Below are positions 18,492 to 27,698 of a stretch of 64,000 nt of DNA, piece by piece (within the stretch, counting starts at the first letter, position 1; each line of letters begins with the position of its first letter). Where the stretch lies: positions 428,020 through 492,019 of the forward strand of contig JALRHH010000001.1 in assembly GCA_023253175.1 (NCBI GenBank), read 5' to 3'. Position numbers and translations under genes: made by a program. The DNA is from Candidatus Saccharimonadia bacterium. GTDB taxonomy: Bacteria > Patescibacteriota > Saccharimonadia > Saccharimonadales > JALRHH01. Below the pieces are notes generated by a model. The model was not told the origin of the DNA, searched no databases, and was given only the letters and a program-made list of their open reading frames with translations.

Positions 18492-18520
18492 AAAAACCGC
18501 CCGTTCTTTGGGCGGTTTTT
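18492..18520. terminator. bidirectional rho-independent terminator
   Basis: AAAAA-CCGCCC-gttcttt-GGGCGG-TTTTT between the convergent rpmA and FHA genes. Confidence 0.8.
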
Positions 18521-18522
18521 AA

Positions 18523-19116
18523 TTATTCTGGGGTGTCGAGCTGATCTTTTACAATTACTCTACCAAAGTATTTTTCTTTAGGTATACCAATTAATCGATC
18601 AAGTTTATCGCGCGGCGCTTCTTTGATGACAAGCTTTGTGCCATTTGATGAAAAGTCATAAATTCTAAGCTGTCCTTCAGAACTACGCTCTATAGCAAAA
18701 TGATTTCTAGAGACTCTCTCGTCATTGACCAGACCAAGCCTTGTCTTAAATCTCATGCCATCACCTCGGCCGAACCACTGGGAACTTCCTGGGTCAATCG
18801 GTACTAAATTAATAGCTTGTAGCTTGCCTTCCTTATGTTCTTCAACTTTTCCGGGGGTTAAGTACATGGACCTGTCGCGGCCTTCACCGAAACCATACAT
18901 TCTTAATGCTGTATCCCCTACGCCAATAATGCCGATGAGTCCTTCGTTATCAATAGATTGCAGCTCACGGATATCAAACGTAATCGCTTCCCTGTGCAGC
19001 TCCTCGTATCTCGCCCCCTTGAGTAGCAGCGGGTCGACATTCGCCCGGCCTGCCAGTTCCAAGACTTGGCGCTGGTGAATAAATTCTGCTTGGTTTCCAG
19101 TGTTAGATTCGCTCAT
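18523..19116 (-). CDS. FHA domain-containing protein
   Basis: The C-terminal pattern GRGDGMRFKTRLGLVNDERVSRNHFAIERSSEGQLRIYDFSSNGTKLV matches the FHA core (G-R…S-R-x-H…S-x-N-G-T). Confidence 0.75.
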   Translation of the reverse strand: MSESNTGNQAEFIHQRQVLELAGRANVDPLLLKGARYEELHREAITFDIRELQSIDNEGLIGIIGVGDTALRMYGFGEGRDRSMYLTPGKVEEHKEGKLQAINLVPIDPGSSQWFGRGDGMRFKTRLGLVNDERVSRNHFAIERSSEGQLRIYDFSSNGTKLVIKEAPRDKLDRLIGIPKEKYFGRVIVKDQLDTPE

Positions 19117-19133
19117 GATATGATCTTAGCTCC

Positions 19134-19616
19134 TTATCGTAAATCGTACGTCCGCGGTGGTAAACCAGCCTGCGCGCGGTTACTACGATCTGCTGCACTA
19201 ATAGCCATTTGCTGGCGGGTACGAATAGCGACGTCGCTTTCACGTGAGGGTTGTGCTGAAGCAGGCTGAACCTCTATGTCTTCAGGGCCTTCTACATTCC
19301 ATAAACTCTCAAATTCATTCGCATCAGCAACAGGCGCTTCTAAACTTGCCTGATCTACTTCTACAAGACTTTGCACGGCCGTACTACCTACGGCTTCGGT
19401 TGGACCAGAAATTGATTGCTCGGCAGAATTTGCAGCCATTTCCGGCTTGAATGCTCCGGCATGAATATTATTAGGTGAGCCCAGAGCATTTGCGTGCATT
19501 TGCGCTGTGACTTTATCTGCAGGAATCGTGACAACTTCCCTGCTTGGCATCTGACCTGCGTACGGCTCCATGCCTGGTACTTCGGTAATCATTTGGCCTG
19601 GTTGTTCAAGTGACAT
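19134..19616 (-). CDS. hypothetical low-complexity, probably disordered protein
   Basis: 160-aa ORF rich in A/Q/E/P/S, co-oriented with the FHA gene 17 nt downstream. Confidence 0.45.
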   Translation of the reverse strand: MSLEQPGQMITEVPGMEPYAGQMPSREVVTIPADKVTAQMHANALGSPNNIHAGAFKPEMAANSAEQSISGPTEAVGSTAVQSLVEVDQASLEAPVADANEFESLWNVEGPEDIEVQPASAQPSRESDVAIRTRQQMAISAADRSNRAQAGLPPRTYDLR

Positions 19617-19693
19617 TGCTATAACTTTCTTTTATTTGTGGGGTTTATATTAATTATATTAGCATAAGCATGACATTCTGTCAATATGGGTAA

Positions 19694-19966
19694 CTACCTA
19701 TATTTGAACTGGTAATATCTGTCACCGTCAGGATATACAACCACATCGACCAAATCAGCTGAGACTACGAGCCGTGACCCCTCAGCGAGAACGTCGTCGG
19801 ACATCAATGGCGATACAACTACCTGGACCTCCTCATAGCGGCTTGCATCAGTGTCCCAGCCAAATCCCTCATCGCCATAACTCACTGTCAGCCACTCCTT
19901 CATGGAAATATAACCAATAATACCTGGCTTATTGCCCGGTTTTCTTCTTTCAACTTTTTCATACAC
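19694..19966 (-). CDS. hypothetical small protein
   Basis: 90-aa ORF with no recognised motif. Confidence 0.4.
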   Translation of the reverse strand: MYEKVERRKPGNKPGIIGYISMKEWLTVSYGDEGFGWDTDASRYEEVQVVVSPLMSDDVLAEGSRLVVSADLVDVVVYPDGDRYYQFKYR

Positions 19967-20028
19967 TAAGCATGGTGGACCTTCGAAATTACGTTATGGT
20001 GGTGTATATGGTTGAGGCATAGACATAG

Positions 20029-20062
20029 AAAAATACTATACCCCTATCATGATAGGGGTATA
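20029..20062 (-). terminator. rho-independent terminator after the response-regulator gene
   Basis: Palindrome TATACCCCTATC-at-GATAGGGGTATA (20037-20062), followed on the minus strand by GTATTTTT. Confidence 0.75.
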
Positions 20063-20087
20063 GTGAGATAGCCTACAGTTGTGCTAT

Positions 20088-20480
20088 CTATACGAGACCA
20101 AGGTGACGCTTGACGCGGTCTACTACATCGGCAATTACAACCTGCGACTTCACGAGATAATCATCAACACCGAGGCTCTTAGCACGTTCCTGGTCGCTTT
20201 CCTGACTGAGTGCAGTTAGCATAATTACCTTCACATTAACTGTTTCAGGAGTATTGCGGAGAATATCCAGCACATCAAACCCACTTACCTTTGGCATCAT
20301 TACATCCAGCAAAATCAAATCAGGACGATATTCCAGCGTTGCAGCCAATGCATCTTCGCCGTTTGGCACACGACGGATGTCAAAGCCTTCTGCCTGTAAC
20401 CTGGTTTGATATACACTTGCGAGCGCGTCGTCGTCCTCAACGAGCAAGATTTTTTTAGAATGTGTGTTTGTGCTATCCAT
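20088..20480 (-). CDS. stand-alone CheY-like response regulator (canonical)
   Basis: KKILLVEDDD, phospho-acceptor LILLDVMMP, MLTA and LVKS are all present. There is no output domain. I prefer the ATG at 20480. Confidence 0.85.
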   Translation of the reverse strand: MDSTNTHSKKILLVEDDDALASVYQTRLQAEGFDIRRVPNGEDALAATLEYRPDLILLDVMMPKVSGFDVLDILRNTPETVNVKVIMLTALSQESDQERAKSLGVDDYLVKSQVVIADVVDRVKRHLGLV

Positions 20481-20535
20481 ACTGCTTATGCTAGCACTAA
20501 CAGCCCGTATTTGCAAGTAGACACCCTATATGGTC

Positions 20536-22128
20536 TTATTTGATTGCCTGAATAAAGCCGACGAAGAGTGGGTGTGCACGGTTGGGGCGTGATTTGAATT
20601 CTGGGTGTGCCTGCGTTGCAATAAAGTACGGGTGATCAATGCCTTCGATCATTTCGACCAGCGTACCCTCTGGACTCGTACCTGAAGCTTTGATACCCCA
20701 AGATTCATATTGATCACGGTACGCATTATTACACTCATAACGGTGACGGTGGCGCTCCACGATCTTGTTACCGGCATATACTTTTTCGGCAAGACTGCCT
20801 TTTTCAATTTTACAAACATAATCACCAAGACGCATAGTTCCGCCGGTGTTTTCAAGGCCTTTTTGGTCTGCCATAGTGCTGATTAGCAGGTCTTTGCCAT
20901 TTGGATCAAGCTCTTCACTGGTTGCGTCTTTAAGCCCACCGTTTCGCGCTGCAGCTACGACCGCCATCTGAAGTCCCAGGCAAAGCCCAAGATACGGTAA
21001 TTTAGTGTGCAGCGCATGCTGGGCTGCCTTGATCTTGCCCTCGAGTGCTCGTTGGCCAAAGCCACCCGGTACAATAATTCCGTCACAGCCTTCCAGCGCT
21101 TCATGAATCACATCTTTGGAATCTAATTTTTCGGCATCTATCCACTTTACGTTCAAATCAACACCCTCTTGCCATGCGGCGGCCGACAATGCTTCGGTAA
21201 CGGACATATACGTGTCCTGATTGTCCATATACTTGGCAATCATACCCACGGTCACTTTCTTGGCCGGAGTGCTGAGTGCACGGTCGACCATTGCTCGCCA
21301 ATCCTTAAGGTCTGGTTCATCTGTCTCAAGTCCAAGTCGCTTACAAAGGACGTCAGCGATACCCATTTCCTCAAGTGTTAACGGAACCTGGTAGATTGAC
21401 TTGGCATTTGGAAGTAATGCGATTGCTTCTGGCGCCACACCAGAAAAGAGGCTGAGTTTCTGAAGGACACCTTTTGGTGCCTTGGTTTCACTTCGCACCA
21501 TCAGTGCATCAGGAACAATACCAAGACCGCGAAGATCACGCACCGCGTTCTGTGCCGGCTTCGTCTTAAATTCGTGACTTGCTCCAAGATACGGCATGTA
21601 TACCACATGCACAAAGGCGCTGTTTTCACGGCCAACCCTTAGCGACAGCTCACGAATAGCCTCTACAAAACTGAGGCCCTCGTAGTCACCAACCGTACCG
21701 CCAATTTCAACAATCTGAACGTCAAAGCCTTTGCTAGCCTTAAGTACTTCCTCCTGAATTGCATTCGTAACATGTGGAATAAACTGCACAGTCTTGCCAA
21801 GGTATTTACCGTTACGTTCGTCATCAAAAACTTTGCGCAGGATACGGCCACTCATAACAGAGCTGCTCTGCGTCAGCTCTTCGTCAATAAAGCGCTCATA
21901 GTGACCAAGATCTAGGTCTGTTTCTGCACCGTCCTTGGTCACGAAACACTCGCCGTGTTCAGCAGGGTTTAAAAGACCCGCATCAATATTGAGATACGGG
22001 TCGAGTTTCTGGATGTTTACACTGAGGCCGCGGGCCTTAAAGAGATTTCCGAGAGAGGCGGCCGTGATACCCTTTCCCAGTCCGGAAAGCACACCACCTG
22101 TTACAAATACATATTTAGTCTGCGCCAT
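20536..22128 (-). CDS. pyrG: CTP synthase
   Basis: N-terminus MAQTKYVFVTGGVLSGLGKGITAAS and the glutaminase region GLCLGLQ…HRHRYE. I prefer the ATG at 22128. Confidence 0.97.
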   Translation of the reverse strand: MAQTKYVFVTGGVLSGLGKGITAASLGNLFKARGLSVNIQKLDPYLNIDAGLLNPAEHGECFVTKDGAETDLDLGHYERFIDEELTQSSSVMSGRILRKVFDDERNGKYLGKTVQFIPHVTNAIQEEVLKASKGFDVQIVEIGGTVGDYEGLSFVEAIRELSLRVGRENSAFVHVVYMPYLGASHEFKTKPAQNAVRDLRGLGIVPDALMVRSETKAPKGVLQKLSLFSGVAPEAIALLPNAKSIYQVPLTLEEMGIADVLCKRLGLETDEPDLKDWRAMVDRALSTPAKKVTVGMIAKYMDNQDTYMSVTEALSAAAWQEGVDLNVKWIDAEKLDSKDVIHEALEGCDGIIVPGGFGQRALEGKIKAAQHALHTKLPYLGLCLGLQMAVVAAARNGGLKDATSEELDPNGKDLLISTMADQKGLENTGGTMRLGDYVCKIEKGSLAEKVYAGNKIVERHRHRYECNNAYRDQYESWGIKASGTSPEGTLVEMIEGIDHPYFIATQAHPEFKSRPNRAHPLFVGFIQAIK

Positions 22129-22196
22129 AGCAAACACCCTCTCCCTTTAAAGTACCTTTGGGTAATACTACCACAGTTTTATGCGCCAATAGAAGG

Positions 22197-23423
22197 CTAT
22201 TTTTTTAGTTCAGCGATAGCGGCGTCTTTTTGTGGGTCGCGGCCATTTTTAAAGTCGTCATCGGTGCGTTCTACCTTTTGAGTGGGTTCGATGCCCTTCT
22301 TGTCTATTCCATTGCCTGATGGCGTAAACCAATGTGCGCTTGTGACCTTCAGCATACTGCCGTCTGCCAGCGGAAGGATTTGCTGCACGCTTCCCTTGCC
22401 GTAACTCTTTTCGCCAATCAATGTTGCGACCTTATTATCTTGCAGTGCACCTGCAGTGATTTCACTCGCACTGGCACTGCCTCCATTAATAAGGACAACC
22501 GTCTTCATACCCTTAAGAATTGGATTGCCAGTGGCATTAAATGTCTTAATCACCTTACCGTCGCGCTTTTCCTGAAGGACCACCTGACTGCGATCAAGCC
22601 ACAGACTTGAAAGGCCAACAGCCGCATCCAATAGTCCACCTGGATTGCCGCGCATATCAAGAATTACACCACGAACATTAGCGTTTTTAAATTCTTGAGC
22701 CGCCTCTGTCGCAAGCTTTACCGTATCACTTCCAAATCGGCTTATTGTAAGAATGCCGATACCGTCGACGATTTCGTGCTTCACACTTGCAACCGTAATT
22801 TGTGCGCGAGTGATCTCAAAGTTCAGTTCTTCCTTATTATTCCGTATAACCTTGAGCTTCACCTTTGTATTGGCTTCGCCGCGAATCTTACTGACTGCCT
22901 CTGTAACGGTAATTCCGACTGCAGACTTGCCGTCAATCTCGGCAATGACGTCCTTAGCCTTAAGGCCCGCTTTTTCTGCTGGATAGCCTGCAATTGGAGA
23001 GATAATCTCAATATTGTCAGCTGCGTTCTTGCTAAGCTCCGCACCAATTCCAGTAAAGGAACCATTTAGTTCGTCATTGAATTCACCCGCAGCTTTGGTA
23101 TTAAAGTATTCCGTATATGGATCGCCAGAAGCCTGAGCGAGCCCTTGCTTAATCCCGTCCATGAGCTGATCGGCCTTCAGTTCGCCATCATAAGAAGTAC
23201 GGAGCTTGTCATAGATCGCTTCGACCGATGCATAATCAAGATCGGCGGGTAATTGACTATTAGAGTTGATTGATTGCTGGCGATTAAACTGCAATCGGCC
23301 ATTGCCAACGTTTACGCCAAGCGCAAATACGATCACTCCGGCAAGTAGTGCATACAAAACCCGAATGCTTCTGCCTTTTGTTTTTTCTTCTGGTTGTTTT
23401 GGAATAGTAGCGTGCGACGTCAC
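22197..23423 (-). CDS. ctpA: S41 family C-terminal processing peptidase with PDZ domain
   Basis: N-terminal TM, a PDZ domain (AGYPAEKAGLKAKDVIAEIDG), the catalytic INGGSASASEI and the later GEKSYGKGSVQ. GTG start. Confidence 0.9.
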   Translation of the reverse strand: MTSHATIPKQPEEKTKGRSIRVLYALLAGVIVFALGVNVGNGRLQFNRQQSINSNSQLPADLDYASVEAIYDKLRTSYDGELKADQLMDGIKQGLAQASGDPYTEYFNTKAAGEFNDELNGSFTGIGAELSKNAADNIEIISPIAGYPAEKAGLKAKDVIAEIDGKSAVGITVTEAVSKIRGEANTKVKLKVIRNNKEELNFEITRAQITVASVKHEIVDGIGILTISRFGSDTVKLATEAAQEFKNANVRGVILDMRGNPGGLLDAAVGLSSLWLDRSQVVLQEKRDGKVIKTFNATGNPILKGMKTVVLINGGSASASEITAGALQDNKVATLIGEKSYGKGSVQQILPLADGSMLKVTSAHWFTPSGNGIDKKGIEPTQKVERTDDDFKNGRDPQKDAAIAELKK

Positions 23424-23522
23424 GGTATAGATTGCTCCCTCAAAGAATAATTTCTAGCTTAATCATTATCGCATAGATTGTGCGATAGGTGTAATCCTGA
23501 AAATACTCTTAAGTATATTCGC

Positions 23523-24686
23523 CTAGAAATGAATGAAGACGAGAGAACCTTGGTTTAGGACTGTTGAGCCGCGGTAGAGACCATCACCCATACGGTTGTA
23601 GTCGCTCACAACGACGCGGCCGTCTTCCATAACTGCTTCGACGTACATGATGTGTCCGTAGTAACCACTCATGCTGACAGCTGCGTCACCTGCGCGGGCG
23701 CCCTTACCGTAATCAACAGCATAGCCACGTGCCGCAGCGCCTGATGGCCACTGGTTTGCATTACCAAGATATTTGAAACCTGATTTGCCTTCACTCGCGA
23801 GCTTGTATGCAACCCAAGATGTACAGTTACGGAAGCCCATACCCCATGGATCCCAGGCACTACCGTTAAAATACCAATCGTAGTTGTAACATGCGCCGCC
23901 GACCTGGCCAGTGTGAACACAGTATGCGTTACCCCATGGGTAGCCGCCACCACCAGGAATACCAGCTGAGGTCCCGTTACCGAATAAACGAATGTTTTCG
24001 AGTACCTGTTGGCGCTTGAGGTCCTGAATCTTGCTCTTGTTATCTGAAATTTGCTGGTTGTATGCAGCCTGTTCTGACTGGTTTAAGCCAAGGAGGCGGT
24101 TCTGTTCTGCCTTCTGGGCGGCAACTTGACCCTGAAGAATCTTGTCTTCCTGGATGAGCTGCTCTACTTTTTCTTTCTTAGCATTTAGCTCTAATTTAAG
24201 TGCAGTAATCTTATCAAGTGTTGTCTTGATCTTGTCCTTAACTGAGTTTCGGTACTGCTGCTTGTCAACAAAGGTACTGAGGTCATTACTCGAGGCGAGC
24301 ATTTCTAGCGTACTAATGTCACCTTCTAGGTACATCGCCTTAATGTTTTGGCCAAGTACGTCACGCTGACGCTGCAATTCAACTTCGGCCTCGGCAATTT
24401 TAGCCTTTAATGTGTCACTTTGGGCCTGATTATCATTAATCTGCTGCTGTAGACCATTGATCTGAGTCTGGAGCGCTGCGATTACACCCTGGAGGTTGTC
24501 GGCCTCTACCTGGAGTGCCTGTACCTGGTTTTGCTTTTGTGCGTTTTCGGCACTGAGCTGGTTAATCTGCTCCTGAAATCTATCAGCAAAAACTAAAGAA
24601 TAGGTACTAAACGAACCGACCGTCACGACTAAAGCGGCCGCTAACAGAGATGATTTTGTACTGATTCTTTTGATATTTGTTTTCAT
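23523..24686 (-). CDS. PcsB-like peptidoglycan hydrolase: signal/TM, long coiled coil, C-terminal CHAP domain
   Basis: Q/L/N-rich heptad region of about 220 aa. CHAP Cys in NCTSWVAYKL and His in GHIMYVEAV. Confidence 0.8.
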   Translation of the reverse strand: MKTNIKRISTKSSLLAAALVVTVGSFSTYSLVFADRFQEQINQLSAENAQKQNQVQALQVEADNLQGVIAALQTQINGLQQQINDNQAQSDTLKAKIAEAEVELQRQRDVLGQNIKAMYLEGDISTLEMLASSNDLSTFVDKQQYRNSVKDKIKTTLDKITALKLELNAKKEKVEQLIQEDKILQGQVAAQKAEQNRLLGLNQSEQAAYNQQISDNKSKIQDLKRQQVLENIRLFGNGTSAGIPGGGGYPWGNAYCVHTGQVGGACYNYDWYFNGSAWDPWGMGFRNCTSWVAYKLASEGKSGFKYLGNANQWPSGAAARGYAVDYGKGARAGDAAVSMSGYYGHIMYVEAVMEDGRVVVSDYNRMGDGLYRGSTVLNQGSLVFIHF

Positions 24687-24713
24687 GTTTTTGTCTTAGA
24701 TTTCGACCTTTCT

Positions 24714-24724
24714 ATTGTACCACA
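24714..24724 (-). promoter_or_regulatory. extended -10 promoter TGTGGTACAAT for the first CHAP gene
   Basis: The reverse complement of 24714-24724 is TGTGGTACAAT. It belongs to the recurring TGGGGTACAAT(AG) motif also seen upstream of secA and proS. Confidence 0.45.
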
Positions 24725-24750
24725 GCTTATGCCTAAAATCAATCCCCCTC

Positions 24751-25821
24751 CTAGAAGTGGATGAAGACTAATGAGCCGATTGGAATACGCGCTTCACTGT
24801 AGGTTCCGGTCCAGCTAGCGTTGTACTGGCTGACGTATATTGTGCCGTCATCAAAGACCGCCTCAACATACATGACGTGGCCGTAGGTGCCGGTGTTACT
24901 AACCGCTACGTCACCGACGCGCGGACTGCGGTCAACTGGTATGCCTGCAGCACGGGCGTTATCGTCCCACTGATTTGCATTTCCGCGGCCACCCCAAAAC
25001 GGCATATTTCGGCCAGAGTTTGCGACCTTCCATGCGGTATAGCTCACACATTGACGCTTATACATACCCCACGGATCTGGCATAGAGTTTGGGAATGCCA
25101 CGCCTGCCCACGGATAGCCAGACGTATCAGCAACATTTCGAATTCCATTGCCAAATAGACGTGCGTTAGCTGCAGCCTGTTCACTGCGCAGCTTCGCAAT
25201 CTCAGAACTATTTGCCTTCATTTCAGCATCCAGCGAAGCACGCTGAGATTCATTTAGGGCAAGTAATCGGGCCTGTTCTGCCTTCTGGGCTGTTAATTGG
25301 GCCTGTGCAGCCTTCTGATTCTCAATAACGCCCTCAAGCTTTTTCTTGAGCTGATTAATAGTATCTATGGTCTGCGAAACCTTATCTTTTACGGTATTAC
25401 GGTACTGCGTCTTATCCATAAAGGTGCTCAGGTCATTACTTGAAGCAAGCATTTCGAAGGTACTAATTTCATCTTCTAGGTACATTGCCTTAATGTTCTG
25501 CCCCAGGATATTTTGCTGCCGTACGATATCGGCCTCAAGCAACTTCTTCTCGGCGTCATTAGCAGCAATTTGCGATTCAAGGCTGCTAATTTGCCCGGCC
25601 AGGGCATCAATTGTTGCCTGAAACCCAGCAGCCTCAACAGCAAGCGCGCTGCCCTGCGCCTGAAGCGTATTGTTCTCTGCCTGCAATTGACCAATCTGCT
25701 GGTCATATTGATCTGCAAGCACCTTACCGGCGCCCGAAACTGCCATAACAGCCAAGATAAGAATTGATATAAATGTACGTTTGTTTGTAAGTGTTTGTTT
25801 GACCAAAGTAGTAGTGATCAT
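24751..25821 (-). CDS. PcsB-like peptidoglycan hydrolase paralog (coiled coil + CHAP)
   Basis: Same architecture as the downstream paralog. It shares the block GQNIKAMYLE…EMLASSNDLSTF.DK.QYRN.VKDK. CHAP Cys in QCVSYTAWKV and His in GHVMYVEAV. Confidence 0.8.
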   Translation of the reverse strand: MITTTLVKQTLTNKRTFISILILAVMAVSGAGKVLADQYDQQIGQLQAENNTLQAQGSALAVEAAGFQATIDALAGQISSLESQIAANDAEKKLLEADIVRQQNILGQNIKAMYLEDEISTFEMLASSNDLSTFMDKTQYRNTVKDKVSQTIDTINQLKKKLEGVIENQKAAQAQLTAQKAEQARLLALNESQRASLDAEMKANSSEIAKLRSEQAAANARLFGNGIRNVADTSGYPWAGVAFPNSMPDPWGMYKRQCVSYTAWKVANSGRNMPFWGGRGNANQWDDNARAAGIPVDRSPRVGDVAVSNTGTYGHVMYVEAVFDDGTIYVSQYNASWTGTYSEARIPIGSLVFIHF

Positions 25822-25860
25822 CTCTCTTACGCTAGATTGTTAAAATAATATAAGGACACC

Positions 25861-25885
25861 AAAAATACTCCGCATACGTGCAGAG
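25861..25885 (-). terminator. terminator/attenuator-like hairpin in the ftsX-CHAP spacer
   Basis: On the minus strand CUCUGCA-cgua-UGCGGAG (7 bp) is followed by UAUUUUU. It lies 128 nt after the ftsX stop and about 40 nt before the CHAP gene ATG. Confidence 0.5.
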
Positions 25886-26013
25886 TAGATTACATTCAGC
25901 AATTTACATGTTGGATTAGTGCCCTCCCCATAGTCTTCAGATAAAACCTGGAAATTAAGGTTATATGTGTTCTCTAGGTGAGGTGTGAGGTAAGCCGGCT
26001 AGGGCTCACTAGA

Positions 26014-26973
26014 TTATTTCGGTGTCTTGAATTTTAGATAACGCTGCGTAGCAATGACAGACGATACAGCACCAATTAGTATACCGATTACAAGCTGGCC
26101 GGTCAATATGAGCAAGAAATTGTCAGAGAAATATTTGCTTGCAAAGTTGATGTCCAATAGACCGAAGCTACTTGCACCGAGCGTGCTAGATGATACGACG
26201 AATAAGAAGTGACAGATCGTTACCGAAAGGATTGATGCGATCACGCCGTACACAACTGTCTCGACAACGAATGGCCCACGAATAAACCATGTGCTTGCAC
26301 CAAGCAAGCGCATAATCTGCAGTTCATCGCGGCGGTTAAATATAGCCATTCGAATCGTGTTAAAGATAATCAGCATTGATACGATTGCGAACACCGCCAC
26401 GCCAACGAGACCCGCTGTCTGGAAGAAACGAGTTGCACTCGTAATGTTATCGATGGCGTCCTTGCGCTCTCCAGAATATGAAGTCGCATCTGACTGGAGT
26501 GCCTTGATATCTGGGCTTTCAATAAACGTACGGATCTCTTCGATTTTGTTTGGATCTTTTGGCTTGACACGAAGACTTGCAGGCAGTGGATTGTCGGTCT
26601 GAGAAATTGCCGCAAGCAAGTCCGGCTTGTCCTGGTTTGCTTTCTTGTAATCTTCCAGCGCCTGGTCCTTGGATACGAATTCTACAGACTTTACATTCTC
26701 GAGTGCCTTGAACTGATCAATAACCTCTTCGCGCTTCTGTGCGCCAACATCATCTTTCAGGTATACAGAAATGTCGATCTTATCCGTAATTTGCTGGACC
26801 GTATTATTAAACGTTGCACTGGTAATCAATGAGAATAGAATGATCGTTAAAGTAATGACCATCACCGCAATTGCGGCAATTGCCAGGGTTAAATTACGTG
26901 CGAAGTTCTGTAGACCAGTCTTTACGATACGCCACTGCGTAATTAAGAAGTGATTTCCAGGCGCTTTAGCCAC
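26014..26973 (-). CDS. ftsX: cell division permease-like protein FtsX
   Basis: Four TM segments with a large extracytoplasmic loop, immediately after ftsE. The start is uncertain. GTG at 26973 has AGGGGGG 5 nt upstream; alternatives are ATG at 26997 or the track start at 27036. Confidence 0.8.
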   Translation of the reverse strand: MAKAPGNHFLITQWRIVKTGLQNFARNLTLAIAAIAVMVITLTIILFSLITSATFNNTVQQITDKIDISVYLKDDVGAQKREEVIDQFKALENVKSVEFVSKDQALEDYKKANQDKPDLLAAISQTDNPLPASLRVKPKDPNKIEEIRTFIESPDIKALQSDATSYSGERKDAIDNITSATRFFQTAGLVGVAVFAIVSMLIIFNTIRMAIFNRRDELQIMRLLGASTWFIRGPFVVETVVYGVIASILSVTICHFLFVVSSSTLGASSFGLLDINFASKYFSDNFLLILTGQLVIGILIGAVSSVIATQRYLKFKTPK

Positions 26974-27667
26974 GAGCACCCCCCTGCGTTTGGCCATAGT
27001 CGGCGTTCGCACGGTCACTCGCAATACGGCCATCATCTATCGTTACGACTCGCCTTTTCAGCTTGTTCACAATTTCTATATTGTGCGTTGTGAGGAGCAC
27101 TGTTGTACCGTAGTGATTGATCTTTTCAAGAATCTTGATGATGTCCCACGCGTGCTTTGGGTCGAGATTTCCGGTTGGCTCATCGGCAATCAGGATTTTG
27201 GGCTGACGAACAATGGCACGCGCAATTGCCACGCGCTGGCGCTCACCACCAGAGAGTTCCTGCGGCATACGCTTTTCCTTGCCCTTTAGGCCAACAATAT
27301 CGAGAACTCTTGGCACGGTGTGTTCAATTTCTTTGTTCCCAAAGCCAACTATCTCGAGTGCAAAGGCGACATTTTCGAATACATTTCGGTTTGGTAGTAG
27401 TTTAAAGTCCTGGAACACCACGCCAATTTTACGGCGCAGCAGTGGAATATCCTTGTCCTTAAGCTTGTCATAATCAATGCCGCCAATGACAATCTTGCCA
27501 CTGGTTTGGCGCTCTTCCCTGGTCAAAAGTTTGAGGAGTGTTGATTTACCGGCACCAGATTTACCGATAATAATCACGAACTCTTTTGGTTCAACGTGCA
27601 AGCTAATACGATCAAGTGCGGTATTAGAGCGGTTATAGACCTTTGTTACCCTGTCGAGAAGAATCAT
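26966..27667 (-). CDS. ftsE: cell division ATP-binding protein FtsE
   Basis: Walker A GKSGAGKST, ABC signature LSGGERQRV and Walker B ILIADEP. Confidence 0.95.
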   Translation of the reverse strand: MILLDRVTKVYNRSNTALDRISLHVEPKEFVIIIGKSGAGKSTLLKLLTREERQTSGKIVIGGIDYDKLKDKDIPLLRRKIGVVFQDFKLLPNRNVFENVAFALEIVGFGNKEIEHTVPRVLDIVGLKGKEKRMPQELSGGERQRVAIARAIVRQPKILIADEPTGNLDPKHAWDIIKILEKINHYGTTVLLTTHNIEIVNKLKRRVVTIDDGRIASDRANADYGQTQGGARG

Positions 27668-27698
27668 TGAGTAACATTATACCAGAAACCCTTATGTT

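Noticed and set aside
26966-27036. 71-nt overlap of the ftsE and ftsX track ORFs as a possible frameshift or fusion
   Set aside because: It is better explained by an over-extended ftsX ORF. An in-frame GTG at 26973 with AGGGGGG 5 nt upstream gives a normal 8-nt coupling overlap.
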